Positions 8,458-18,425 of a DNA stretch of 64,000 nt are shown piece after piece (the stretch's first letter is position 1; each line of letters starts with the position of its first letter). The notes under the pieces were generated by a model that worked only from the letters and a program-made list of their open reading frames with translations, did not search any database and had not been told where the DNA came from. The position numbers were made by a program, and so were the translations under genes. Origin of the DNA: Candidatus Eiseniibacteriota bacterium (lineage in GTDB: Bacteria > Eisenbacteria > RBG-16-71-46 > CAIMUX01 > VGJL01); the NCBI GenBank assembly GCA_041946735.1, contig JBHGAY010000013.1, positions 1 through 64,000 of the forward strand. The letters run 5' to 3'.

Positions 8458-9437
8458 TCCTCGTCGCGGGGTCCGCCCGGTCTCCAGGGGGGCCGGATGA
8501 CGGCGCAGGCGCGCGCCAGCAGGTTCGGCTCGAATCGGTCCTCGTCGGCGGGGTCCAGGCTCGAGATGCGCACCCGGCCACTCGCGTGGAGGATCCTCCC
8601 CGGCCGATCGAGCTCGCCGCAAGGCCCGAGCCCGCACCCGATCGCCACGTGGTCGGCCCCCTCTAGGCTTTCGCCGAAGAAGACGAGATCTCCGGTGCCG
8701 GCGTGCGATGCCGGCTCCTCGATCCTCCAGGGCGCCAGGGCCACCGCCTGGTCGCGTGCGTCCCGGGGCAGCGCGATCCCCTCGAGACCGAAGGCCAGGC
8801 GCATGAGCCCCGAGCAGTCGACTCCCGACGCGCTCGCGCCTCCCCAGCGATACCCCACGCCGACGAGCATCAGCGCGCGGGTGAGCACGGCGCTCGCCAA
8901 GGCCCTGGTGAAGTCCGGGGTGGGCATCGGATCGGAGGGCTCCCAGAAACGCGCCCGCCGCGCTGTCTCGTCGCTCGTGGCGGCGGAGGAGGAGATCCAA
9001 CCCTCTCGTCCGTCGGGAGTCGCAACCCGGAGCTCGCCGTCCTCGTCCTCGTGCTCGTGCTCGTCGCCCTCGATCCGCCGCAGGCGGCAACCCATCCCCA
9101 GGCTGCTCACGACCCCGAGCATGTCATGGTCGCGCCGCTCGACATGGAGCAGCGCGAACGGCTCGCGGATGACACAGTGCTGCCCTTCGCTCCACTCGTC
9201 ACTCAGCGGGACGGTCCCCCAGCTGCGCGCCCAAGCCTCGTAGCCGTCCGGCGCCCGAACGAGGAGCCACTTTCCCCCGTCGCACGCCTCGCGGACGGCG
9301 AGCTCGCTCCCCATCACGCACTCCGTGACGCACTCCGAGCGATGATCCGGCTCCCGGCGCAGCTCGAGCGCGGGAACGCACACGACGGCGACCGAGCCGG
9401 CGCGCAGCTCAGCGCCTTCCGGGCGTGTAGAGCTCAT
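8448..9437 (-). CDS. SH3b + NlpC/P60 cysteine peptidase (YkfC-like gamma-D-Glu endopeptidase)
   Basis: Two SH3-like segments (DGYEAW, DGREGWI), YRWGG..GVDCSGL, LPRDARDQ, GDLVFF, HVAI and ILHAS; no signal peptide. Confidence 0.85.
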   Translation of the reverse strand: MSSTRPEGAELRAGSVAVVCVPALELRREPDHRSECVTECVMGSELAVREACDGGKWLLVRAPDGYEAWARSWGTVPLSDEWSEGQHCVIREPFALLHVERRDHDMLGVVSSLGMGCRLRRIEGDEHEHEDEDGELRVATPDGREGWISSSAATSDETARRARFWEPSDPMPTPDFTRALASAVLTRALMLVGVGYRWGGASASGVDCSGLMRLAFGLEGIALPRDARDQAVALAPWRIEEPASHAGTGDLVFFGESLEGADHVAIGCGLGPCGELDRPGRILHASGRVRISSLDPADEDRFEPNLLARACAVIRPPWRPGGPRDEDDG

Positions 9438-10710
9438 AGCGTCCGAAGCCGTCGTAATCGATGAAGACGAAGCGGCGGCGGATCGAGTTGTAGATCCAGA
9501 TCTCCATCGGAGGGCCGTCGATCTGATGCGGGTAGCTCTCGACCTGGTCCGGCGGGCCGTACTGGATGTAGATCATCCCGCGATCGGTCTTCCAGCCCGG
9601 AATGATGCTCGTGAAGTTCTCGTTCGCGTAGCGGACGCGCGCGAAGAACTCGTCCTCGAACTCGTTCTCGGGCGTCTCGGGGCTCGGGTCCCGGCGCTTC
9701 CAGAACTCCTTCCAGACTCGGTCGCGGTCCTCGGGCGGCGCGGCCTCCAGCTCCGCGATCTCGTCGCCGGTCGCGATGTAGCGGATCATCGAGATGCTCT
9801 CCGCCGGATTCTGGACGAGCGAGACCATCGACTCGTCCATCTCGAAGCGGGCGGTCCGGCTCGCCGTCTTTCCCCCCGCCTTCGCCTCGACCCGCAGCTC
9901 GTAGCCGCCGAGCCAGAGCTTGTCGAGCGGGAGCGGGAAGCGAACCGGCGCGATCTGCCCATCGGTGGGGAACTCGCGCGTCTGCTCGTCGAGGATCTGA
10001 CGGCGCGAATCGTAGATCCGGTAGTGGACCGAGACGTGCCCGGAGCCGGCCACGTCGGAGCCGCCGACCCACGAGATTGCGCAGACCGGACCGGAGCCGG
10101 CGCCGAACCTCCGGCCGACCAGCGGATCGGCGGGAATCTCCATGCCGGTACGCGCGGCCGAGTCGCCCGGGCAGCGGACGAACCAGACCTTGCCGACCTC
10201 GAGCGCCTCCTTGCCGAGGTCGGGGATCTCGATCTCCTGCGCGAGGCGCCCCTCGTTGCCCGAATCCTGCTCGCTCACCTCAACCTCGACCCGGTACTTG
10301 CGCGGCCGCGCCGGCAGCTCGACCTGCTTGCGAAAGACGGCGGCGTCGCGATGGATTTCCGCGAGCGACCCGATCTCGATCCTCTCGTTCCAGAGGTTCC
10401 CCGCGACCTGCCGGTCCCCCTCGTACAGGACGACGATCAGGTCGAACTTCGCGAGATAGCGCGCGCCGTCGAGACGGAACATCAGCTCCCGGTACGGGAC
10501 GAGCACGGCGACCCCCACGTACGCGGAGTCGTTGCGCCAGAACGCGCCGGCGTCGAACGCGAAGCGCGGCCGCTCCATGTTCCGGGCGATCGGGGAGTCG
10601 TGAAGGTCCTCGCCCCGAGCGGGGCCGGACACCGGCAGCGCGGTGAGGAGCAGCAGGGCGGCGGCGATGGCGCTGCTCGCGCGGCCGGCCGCGCGCAACC
10701 TACCTCTCAT
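9409..10710 (-). CDS. Secreted GWxTD-domain protein
   Basis: Signal-like N-terminus; FWKRRDPSPETPENE...RVRYANENF...GWKTDRGMIYIQYGPPD...EIWIY. Start estimated (MRGRLR). Confidence 0.88.
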   Translation of the reverse strand: MRGRLRAAGRASSAIAAALLLLTALPVSGPARGEDLHDSPIARNMERPRFAFDAGAFWRNDSAYVGVAVLVPYRELMFRLDGARYLAKFDLIVVLYEGDRQVAGNLWNERIEIGSLAEIHRDAAVFRKQVELPARPRKYRVEVEVSEQDSGNEGRLAQEIEIPDLGKEALEVGKVWFVRCPGDSAARTGMEIPADPLVGRRFGAGSGPVCAISWVGGSDVAGSGHVSVHYRIYDSRRQILDEQTREFPTDGQIAPVRFPLPLDKLWLGGYELRVEAKAGGKTASRTARFEMDESMVSLVQNPAESISMIRYIATGDEIAELEAAPPEDRDRVWKEFWKRRDPSPETPENEFEDEFFARVRYANENFTSIIPGWKTDRGMIYIQYGPPDQVESYPHQIDGPPMEIWIYNSIRRRFVFIDYDGFGRYELYTPGRR

Positions 10711-11800
10711 CTCCGAAGCTCGTCCCGACGCTGCGCGCCGCCCGCACCAGCTCGCCCTCGGGCTCGACGCGGCGCAACGAGGCGACCGCCTCCTCGATCG
10801 GGACGGCCACGATCTCCCGGCCTCGCAACGCGACCATGACTCCATGCTTTCCCTCGACGGCCTCACGAATTGCTTGAACACCGAATCGGGTGCCGAGGAT
10901 GCGATCGTACGCGGTCGGGATCCCGCCTCGCTGCAGATGGCCGAGGACGGTCGCGCGAGTCTCCATGTCGAGCATCCGCTCGAGCTCGCTCGCGACCCAG
11001 TTGCCGATCCCTCCGAGCCGGAGGGGATCGGTCGACGTCTCGATCGTCTTCGCCACCATCATCTCGCCCCCGGCCGGCTTCGCCCCCTCCGACACGACGA
11101 CGATCGAGAAGTGACGCCCGCGATAGGACCGCTGCCGGATCGCGTTGGCGACGCTTTCGAGCTGGAACGGGATCTCGGGGATCAGGATCACGTCGCCGCC
11201 CCCCGCCATCCCGGCCTCCAGGCCGATCCAGCCGGCGTAGCGGCCCATCACCTCGAGCACCATCACCCGCTGGTGGCTCATCGCGGTCGTATGCAGGCGG
11301 TCGACCGCTTCGGTGGCGATGGCGAGGGCCGAGTCGAATCCGAAGGTCACGTCGGTCGCGGCAAGGTCGTTGTCGATCGTCTTCGGCACTCCGATTACCG
11401 GCATCCCCTTCTTCTCGAGATCTCGGGCGATCGAGAGGCTTCCATCCCCTCCGATGGCGATGAGCAGTTGGAGTCCGTGACGCTGGAAGGTGCGGAGCGC
11501 GACGTCGGAGAGATCGCGAAAGACGATCTTCCCGTTCTCGTCCGAAGGAACGCGGAACGGGTTGTCGCGGTTGCTGGAGCCGAGGATCGTTCCGCCACGG
11601 GCGAGGATCCCTCCCACGCTGGAGGGATCGAGATCGCGAGTTCGATCCTGTACGAGTCCCGCGTAGCCGCTCTCGATGCCCACCACCTCGATGCCGTAGT
11701 CGAACGCGGCCGTCTTCACGACGGCGCGAATCACGGCGTTCAAGCCCGGGCAGTCTCCGCCCCCCGTCAGGACACCGATCCGGCGAAGCTTCTCGGCCAT
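10700..11800 (-). CDS. pfkA: 6-phosphofructokinase (group III / mixed-substrate type)
   Basis: GVLTGGGDCPGLNAVIR, GGTILGSSN, IGGDGS, PKTIDND, EVMGRYAGW and LGHLQRGG. Confidence 0.95.
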   Translation of the reverse strand: MAEKLRRIGVLTGGGDCPGLNAVIRAVVKTAAFDYGIEVVGIESGYAGLVQDRTRDLDPSSVGGILARGGTILGSSNRDNPFRVPSDENGKIVFRDLSDVALRTFQRHGLQLLIAIGGDGSLSIARDLEKKGMPVIGVPKTIDNDLAATDVTFGFDSALAIATEAVDRLHTTAMSHQRVMVLEVMGRYAGWIGLEAGMAGGGDVILIPEIPFQLESVANAIRQRSYRGRHFSIVVVSEGAKPAGGEMMVAKTIETSTDPLRLGGIGNWVASELERMLDMETRATVLGHLQRGGIPTAYDRILGTRFGVQAIREAVEGKHGVMVALRGREIVAVPIEEAVASLRRVEPEGELVRAARSVGTSFGDER

Positions 11801-11975
11801 CTTGCCCCCCTCTCGTTCGCGCCCGCCCTTCCGCTCGCGGCCAGCGACGGCCGCGCGACCCGCACCAGGATAGCAGGAGCCCGCGCTCCTCGCGGGAAAT
11901 CGCAGGGTCGATGACGGCGTCCGGGAAGCTCTGTTAACCTGGAGTTGCGGCGCGAATTCCCCGAAAGGAGGAGGG

Positions 11976-13256
11976 ATGCAATCGAAGGGGCGAGATCCCG
12001 GCCGGGCGAGCCGGGAGGCGAGCGCGAAGCGGCGCGGCCGGTCCGGTGAAGCGGCAGGGAAGAAGCGCCGGGGGCTGGAGCGCGGTGTGTCCGAGCCGCA
12101 GGCGCGGCCGGCGCGCCGGAGCAGGCAACGCGATGCCTCTCCTCCGCCGGCGCGCCGGAGCAAGGCGGGCGCCACCGCCGGACGGCGGTCCCGAGCGTCC
12201 GCTGCGGCGGCCCGCGGTGCGCGCCAGGTTGCGCCGCCCGTGCCGCGCGCTCCGATCGAGGGGGAGCATGGCCCGGAGATCCTGCTGCGGCTCGAGGAGC
12301 TGCTGCGCCAGCGGATCCACGGCAAGGACGACGCTGTCGAGCGGATCGCGCGCGCCGTCCGGGTCCGGCTGATCCATCTCGACTTCCGCCCGGAGCGCCC
12401 CAACGGAACGTTCCTGCTCGTCGGCCCTCCAGGCGTCGGGAAGAACGAATTCGCGTACGCGCTCGCTGAAATCCTCTACGGAGACGAGTCGCTCGTCGTC
12501 CCGATTGACATGCGGGCAATGGCCTCGGAGGAAGACGTCATCCGCCTGGTCGACGTCCTCGTGCCGGGTCCGCCTCCGACCCTCTACGAGGGCATGCTGA
12601 CGGCGCCGGTGCGGCGCCGGCCGCACACGATCCTGTTGCTGCGAGGGATCGAGCAGGCCCACCCGGCCGCGCTGCGCATGATCCAGAAGATCAACGAGCA
12701 GGGATGGATCGAGGACGCGCAGGGGCGCATCTCGTTCGATCGGACGATCCTCTTCGCCACCGCCCGCGTCCCCGACGACGAGAACGGCCCGACCTCGGAG
12801 ATCGGCTTCAACCGGACGGCGAAGACGAGCGAGGAGCGGGTGCTCGAGAAGCTGCGGCGCCGCGTTTCGGAAGAGTTCCTCGACTCGTTCCAGGAGATCC
12901 TGGTTCTCTCGGCCCTCTCTCCCGAGGACGTGCGGCAGATCGCCCGCTACAAGGTGCGCGTGGTGCTCGACCGCCTGCAGCAGGGACGGAGGGGCGTCGA
13001 GGTGAGCGATTCGATCTACGCCGCGTTCATCCCGGACGAGGATGCGCGCGTGCGGGGGGCCGGCGCGCTCAACCAGACGCTCGAGAACAAGCTGCTGAAT
13101 CCCCTGGCGCGCTACCTGCTCGAGCATCCGAAGGAGCTCAGGATCCGCGTCGACGTGCGCGACGGGCGGCTCGTCATCGAGCCGGCCGCGGCGGCGGCAG
13201 CCACCGCGGCGCATCCCTCGCCACCAAAGACCCGCCGGGGCGGCGGGCGGGGCTAG
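11976..13256 (+). CDS. Stand-alone Clp ATPase second-AAA-module (D2)-like protein with degenerate catalytic motifs
   Basis: Aligns by eye with ClpA/B/C NBD2 (RP.GTFLLVGPPGVGK, IDM, LT.PVRRRPH.ILL, AHP, D.QGR, small domain). True start uncertain and possibly near 12240. Confidence 0.8.
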   Translation: MQSKGRDPGRASREASAKRRGRSGEAAGKKRRGLERGVSEPQARPARRSRQRDASPPPARRSKAGATAGRRSRASAAAARGARQVAPPVPRAPIEGEHGPEILLRLEELLRQRIHGKDDAVERIARAVRVRLIHLDFRPERPNGTFLLVGPPGVGKNEFAYALAEILYGDESLVVPIDMRAMASEEDVIRLVDVLVPGPPPTLYEGMLTAPVRRRPHTILLLRGIEQAHPAALRMIQKINEQGWIEDAQGRISFDRTILFATARVPDDENGPTSEIGFNRTAKTSEERVLEKLRRRVSEEFLDSFQEILVLSALSPEDVRQIARYKVRVVLDRLQQGRRGVEVSDSIYAAFIPDEDARVRGAGALNQTLENKLLNPLARYLLEHPKELRIRVDVRDGRLVIEPAAAAAATAAHPSPPKTRRGGGRG

Positions 13257-13300
13257 GGCCGGCGGGCCTCCGCTCGCCCGACTCGACGCGAGGTTCCCCG

Positions 13301-14470
13301 ATGGCGCGCGGCTCCATCCCGGTTGCGATTCTCGGTAACGGCTTCGCCAGTCGCGTGATCCTCCCTTGCCTGCGCCACGTCGAGGAGATCGATGTCGTCG
13401 GGATCGCGAGCCCCGACGACGCGCGTCGCGCCGAGACCGCCGCGGCGTTCTCGATCCCGATCGATGGGCGGGACCATCGCGAGGTTCTCGAGCGCGCGCG
13501 GCCGCGGCTCGTCTTCGTCGTGACTCCCCCGAGCCTGCACCGCGTCATGGCGATCGACGCCCTGGAGGCGGGATGCCACGTGGTCTGCGAGAAGCCGACC
13601 GCGCTCGACGCCTCCGAGAGCGCGGCGATGCTGGCGGCGAGCCGGCGGCACCCGAGCCAGATCGCGCTGATCGATCACGAGCTGCGGTTCCTTCCGGCGC
13701 GGCGGGCGGCTCGCGCGGCGGCGCCGGAGATCGGCGCGATCCGCGCCGCGCACTACATGCTTCGATCCGCCGGGATGGCGGACGCCGCGCGCCCGTGGAG
13801 CTGGTGGAGCGACCGGAGGGGCGGCGGCGGGGCGCTCGGCGCGATCGGCTCGCACGCCGTCGACACGCTCCGCTGGCTCGCCGGAGAGATCGTCGAGGTG
13901 CGCGGGCGACTCGAGACGATCGTGAGGGAGCGGCCGGATCCGGGCGATCCGCGCCGCGCGCGCGAGGTGACCTCCGACGACCTCTTCTCCGCCTGGCTGC
14001 GATTCGCCGGCGGCGCCACCGGGACGATCGACGTTTCGATGGTCGAGCGGGAGCGGGAGCACCGCGTGACGGTGGCGGGCAGCGCCGGCGCCCTTCGGAT
14101 CGAGGAGCAGGCGGCGAGCCGGCTCGCGAGGGGCGACGAGGCATGGGAGGAGATCGCCGCGGACGATCCTCTGCCCGAATCGGCGCGGCTGGGGATTCCC
14201 GAAACGGACTGGGCGCGGGCCTTCCTGCTGTTCGCGCGCGAGATCGCGCGAGCGATCGAGGAGGGGCGCGCGGAGGTCCCGGGAGCGTCGACGTTTGAGG
14301 ATGGCCACCGCAACCAGCTCGTCCTCGACGCCATCCGGCGCTCCTCCGAGGGGGGCCGCTGGGAACCGGTAGGCCCCGCCGGGCGCCTCGATCCCGCGAA
14401 CGGCCTCGATCCCGCCGACGGCCCCGATCCCGCCGACGGCCCCGATCCGGCCGGGCTCCCCCGCGCCTAG
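13301..14470 (+). CDS. Gfo/Idh/MocA family oxidoreductase
   Basis: Rossmann motif ILGNGFA, VVTPPSLH, HVVCEKP, HELRF and GGGALGAIGSH. Confidence 0.9.
   Translation: MARGSIPVAILGNGFASRVILPCLRHVEEIDVVGIASPDDARRAETAAAFSIPIDGRDHREVLERARPRLVFVVTPPSLHRVMAIDALEAGCHVVCEKPTALDASESAAMLAASRRHPSQIALIDHELRFLPARRAARAAAPEIGAIRAAHYMLRSAGMADAARPWSWWSDRRGGGGALGAIGSHAVDTLRWLAGEIVEVRGRLETIVRERPDPGDPRRAREVTSDDLFSAWLRFAGGATGTIDVSMVEREREHRVTVAGSAGALRIEEQAASRLARGDEAWEEIAADDPLPESARLGIPETDWARAFLLFAREIARAIEEGRAEVPGASTFEDGHRNQLVLDAIRRSSEGGRWEPVGPAGRLDPANGLDPADGPDPADGPDPAGLPRA
14387..14458 (+). repeat. 18-bp in-frame tandem repeat x4 ((L/P)DPA(N/D)G) at the oxidoreductase C-terminus
   Basis: CTCGATCCCGCGAACGGC, CTCGATCCCGCCGACGGC, CCCGATCCCGCCGACGGC, CCCGATCCGGCCGGGCTC. 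Confidence 0.85.
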
Positions 14471-14599
14471 GCGCCGGCCCTCGCTTCCCCGCCGGACCTC
14501 CGCGTCGCTCAAGACGCCGCCTTCCTGGGACGAAAACGAGAGGGGACGCGCGCCGCCTTCTCGGGCGCAGCCGCGCGTCCCCTGCGAGTTCGAGGAAGG

Positions 14600-15853
14600 A
14601 TGACGACGGCGATGGTGACGCGAATCCTGTTCGTGGACGACGAGCCGAACGTGCTCGAGGGACTCCGTCGCCTCCTCCACCCGGTGCGGGACGAATGGGA
14701 AACGACCTTCGCCACCGGGGGGCGGGAGGCGCTCGAGATTCTCGATCGGCAGAGGCACGACGTGATCGTCTCCGACATCCGCATGCCGGGGATGAGCGGC
14801 GCGGAGCTGCTCGAGACGGTGCGCCGGCTCCATCCGCACATGGTGCGGATCGGGCTGTCGGGGCATTCGGACCAGGAGACGATGCTCCGCTCCCTCGGGG
14901 CGACGCATCAGTACCTGACGAAGCCGTGCGAGATCGATCTGCTGAAGAAGACGATCCGCCGGTCTCTCGCGCTCCAGGAGATTCTCTCCAACGAACGGCT
15001 TCGCGCCCTCGTGAGCCGCCTCGATTCCCTGCCGTCGGTCCCTTCCCTCTACGCCGAGCTGATGGAGGAGATGGCGAGCCCCTCCTGCTCGCTGCAGCGC
15101 GTAGGGAAGATCGTCGCCCAGGACGCGGGAATGACGGCGCAGATCCTGCGGCTGGTCAACTCCGCCTACTTCGGCCTCCGGCACGAGGTCTCGAGTCCCG
15201 AAGCGGCGGTCATCTATCTCGGGCTGAACATGATCTCCTCCCTCGTACTCGGGCTGCATCTGTTCCGGCAGGTCGACGAGGCCACCTGCTCCTGGCTGCA
15301 TCTCGACCGGATCTGGCAGCACGGGGTTCGCACGGGGGCCCTCGCGCGCGCGATTTGCGAGACCGAGGGTCAGGACGCTCGCATCGCCGAGGAGAGCCTC
15401 TCGGCAGGGCTGATCCACGACGCAGGCCGGCTCGTGCTCGCGGTGAACCTCTCCGGCACCTACCGCGCGATCCTCGATCGGGCGCATCGGGAAGGTCTCC
15501 CCCTCGCGCAAGCGGAGAGGGCCGAGCTTGGCGTGACCCACGCGGAGGTGGGCGCCTACTTGATCGGGCTCTGGGGTCTGCCGTCGCCGGTCGTCGAGGC
15601 GCTCGCGTTCCATCACGCTCCCAGCGCCCTCCCCGCAACGGGCGGTTTCGCGCCGGTGACGTCGGTCCACGTCGCCTGCGCGCTCGACCACGAGCGGCAG
15701 CAGGCGGGCGCGAGCGACGAGCCGCCTCCGCGGATCGACCCTCTCCACCTCGAATCGCTGGGCCTCCGCCCGCGCCTCGAGGAGTGGCGCCGCATCTGCG
15801 CGGAACGCGCCGCCGCCCAGGCGGAGGAAGACAGGGACAGGGACGCCGCATGA
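14600..15853 (+). CDS. Response regulator with REC + HDOD domains
   Basis: ILFVDDE, VSDIRMPG, LTKP; HDOD signatures LPSVP, QDAGMTAQILRLVNSAYFG, GLIHDAG and THAEVGAYL..LWGLP. Confidence 0.92.
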   Translation: MTTAMVTRILFVDDEPNVLEGLRRLLHPVRDEWETTFATGGREALEILDRQRHDVIVSDIRMPGMSGAELLETVRRLHPHMVRIGLSGHSDQETMLRSLGATHQYLTKPCEIDLLKKTIRRSLALQEILSNERLRALVSRLDSLPSVPSLYAELMEEMASPSCSLQRVGKIVAQDAGMTAQILRLVNSAYFGLRHEVSSPEAAVIYLGLNMISSLVLGLHLFRQVDEATCSWLHLDRIWQHGVRTGALARAICETEGQDARIAEESLSAGLIHDAGRLVLAVNLSGTYRAILDRAHREGLPLAQAERAELGVTHAEVGAYLIGLWGLPSPVVEALAFHHAPSALPATGGFAPVTSVHVACALDHERQQAGASDEPPPRIDPLHLESLGLRPRLEEWRRICAERAAAQAEEDRDRDAA

Positions 15854-16719
15854 CGCGCAAGATCCTCTTCGTCGACGACGAGCCTCTCATCGTCGAGACG
15901 TTCCGGCGGCTTCTCGAGGAGCGCTACGAGATCGAGACGGCGACGAGCCCGGAGGAGGGGCTGCGGATCCTGCGCGGTTCTGGCCCCTTCGCCGTCGTCG
16001 TCTCCGACCTGCGGATGCCCGAGATGAGCGGCACCGACTTCCTCGGCAAGGTGCGCCAGGGATGGCCCGACACGGTCGGCGTGATGCTGACCGGCTACGC
16101 GGATCTCGACACGACGATCCGGATCCTGAGCGAGGGGAAGATCTTCCGTTTCCTGACGAAGCCCTGCCCGCGCGAGCAGATCATCCTGACGGTGGAGGCG
16201 GCGCTCGCCCATCACCGGCTGGTCGTCGCCGAGCGGGATCTGCTTGGCGTGACGCTGCCGGGCCTTCTCGGCGCCATCGCGCGGGACCTGGAGAAGGCCG
16301 CCGGCTCGCGGCCGGGGCGCGCCCGGCGCGTGGGGCAGATCGCTCGCCGCCTCGCCGCCGGCCTCTCGCTCGAGAACGGCTGGCAGTACGAGACGGCGGC
16401 GATCCTCTCCGCGTTGCCCAGGAGGGAGCCGACGGAGATTCTGCCTTCCCTCGCCTCGATGCCCAGGATGGAGACGGTCGCCGGGATCGTGGAACGCGGG
16501 GACCGGCCGGTCGCCGAGGAGGAGATGGAGGCGGAGGGGGAGCGCGCGCTGGTCGTCCTCGGAAGCCTGCTCGTCCAGGAGGCGCAGAGGCTCGAGACCC
16601 GGCTCGATCCCGATCGATCCATCGAGGACGGGTTGCGGAGTCTCGGAGAGAGCGGCGAGTCGGTTCCCGACGCGCTGGTGCGGGGCCTGCCCGACTCGGA
16701 CCTTCGCCGCGCGGCTTGA
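15850..16719 (+). CDS. Response regulator (REC + truncated HD-like helical region)
   Basis: MTRKILFVDDE, VSDLRMP, LTGYAD and RFLTKP; ATGA overlap with the upstream gene. Confidence 0.85.
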   Translation: MTRKILFVDDEPLIVETFRRLLEERYEIETATSPEEGLRILRGSGPFAVVVSDLRMPEMSGTDFLGKVRQGWPDTVGVMLTGYADLDTTIRILSEGKIFRFLTKPCPREQIILTVEAALAHHRLVVAERDLLGVTLPGLLGAIARDLEKAAGSRPGRARRVGQIARRLAAGLSLENGWQYETAAILSALPRREPTEILPSLASMPRMETVAGIVERGDRPVAEEEMEAEGERALVVLGSLLVQEAQRLETRLDPDRSIEDGLRSLGESGESVPDALVRGLPDSDLRRAA

Positions 16720-16743
16720 GCCGGAGGAGGACGGCGGCCCCGG

Positions 16744-18102
16744 CTACGCCGCCTTCTCCTCGCCCTCGCTTTCGCCCTCCCCTTCGGCCTCGCCCTCCCC
16801 TTCGAGCAGCAGCCCGCAGGAACCGCCTTCGAGCGGAAGCCTCACGACGAAGGTCGTTCCCTTGCCGGGCTCCGTCTCGAAGTCGATTGTCCCGTGATGC
16901 TTCTCCTCGATGACGGAGCGCGCGATCGACAGTCCCTGCCCCGTCCCGCTTCCGACCGCTTTGGTCGTGAAGAACGGATCGAAGATCCGGTCGCGGATCG
17001 CCTCGGGGATCCCCGTCCCTGTGTCGGATACCCGGATCTCCGCCCAGGAGCCGCAGCGCTCGGTCGACACGCGGATCGCCCCCTTGACGGGCGGGGAGTC
17101 TCCGGCGCGAGCGGCGATCGCGTGGGCGGCGTTGACGATCAGGTTCAGGATCGCCTGGTTGAAGTCCCCCGCGAGAACCGGGACCGGAGGGAGATCGGCG
17201 GAGAGGTCGAGATCGAGGTCGGCGACGTACTTCCACTCGTTGCGGGAAACCGTCACGGCGCTCTCGATCGCGCGGTTCAGATCGACCGGCAGCTTCTCGT
17301 CGCTTCCCGGATGGCTGAACTCCTTCATCGACTGCACGATCTTCGTGACACGCGCGATCCCCTCGAGCGACTGCTCGATCGCGAGCGGTGCTTCGCGCGC
17401 GAGATAGGCGAGATCGCAGGACCGGCAGGCGGCGACGAGGCGATCGACGATCGGGGCGGTATCCTTCGCGCCGCCGTCGACCGCCTCGACCAGTTCGAGC
17501 AGCAGCGGGGGAAGCGCGGCGACCGCGGCGACCGAATCTCGAAGGAACTGCAGGTTGTCGCCGGTGAACTGGGTGGGCGTGTTGATCTCGTGCGCGATCC
17601 CCGCGGCGAGCTGCCCGATCGACTCCAGCTTCTGCGCCTGGGCGAGCCGTCGCTGCAGGAGGATCTTCGACGTCGTTTCGACGAAGACCAGAAGCAGCGA
17701 GGTCCCGAGGGTGGCCCCTCCGGCCATCGGCGTGACCGCGAGGTCGAGAAACCCGTTCTTCCCGTCGGGCCTGATGAACGGCACGGACGACTCTTCGACC
17801 GTCTCCCCCGTGCTCCGCGCGCGGGTAACGGCATGAGCGAGCCAATGGGAATCCCATCCGGCAAGGAGAAAAGAGAGAGGACGGCCGATCGCTTGCGATG
17901 CGGGAACGCCGAGCAGCCGCCCGGCGAGGGCGTTCCACTGACAGACGGTCTCCGAATCGTCGAGCGTGATCAGAGCCGCCGGCATCGCCGCGATCAGTTG
18001 CTCGTTGCGAAGGTGCTCGGCGCGCGCGGCGTTTCTCGCTCCTCCCGCGTCTCGCTCGAGGCGACGCCGCCGCGTTTTCTCGCTTCTCCTCGGTGCCGTC
18101 AT
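16744..18102 (-). CDS. Cytoplasmic PAS sensor histidine kinase
   Basis: PAS region, [21 protein letters not shown]-box, [23 protein letters not shown] and GTGQGL. Confidence 0.93.
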   Translation of the reverse strand: MTAPRRSEKTRRRRLERDAGGARNAARAEHLRNEQLIAAMPAALITLDDSETVCQWNALAGRLLGVPASQAIGRPLSFLLAGWDSHWLAHAVTRARSTGETVEESSVPFIRPDGKNGFLDLAVTPMAGGATLGTSLLLVFVETTSKILLQRRLAQAQKLESIGQLAAGIAHEINTPTQFTGDNLQFLRDSVAAVAALPPLLLELVEAVDGGAKDTAPIVDRLVAACRSCDLAYLAREAPLAIEQSLEGIARVTKIVQSMKEFSHPGSDEKLPVDLNRAIESAVTVSRNEWKYVADLDLDLSADLPPVPVLAGDFNQAILNLIVNAAHAIAARAGDSPPVKGAIRVSTERCGSWAEIRVSDTGTGIPEAIRDRIFDPFFTTKAVGSGTGQGLSIARSVIEEKHHGTIDFETEPGKGTTFVVRLPLEGGSCGLLLEGEGEAEGEGESEGEEKAA

Positions 18103-18425
18103 CTCGGCCGCTCTCCTTCCCGCCTTCCTCAGCGAACCCGTCTCTCACCCTTGCCCTTGCGCTCACCCTTGTTCTTTTCGGGCGCGGGCGCCGGGCGCTT
18201 GAGCGCCGCCCGCGGCTCAGCGCTCGTCGTCCTTTCCTTCCCTCCCCATCTCTTCCTACTCCTTTCTGAAATGCGATTCATGACGCGCGATCGGGGGAGA
18301 AACCCCGGGGGGAAACGTGTGCAGAATGGAGAGAGGGGTCCGCAACAGTCGCGCGCGAGGGGCGCAGACCCAGAGTGCGCAAGCGAGAGCGCGCGAACGA
18401 GGACCGCAAAGGAGGGAGGTACTCG

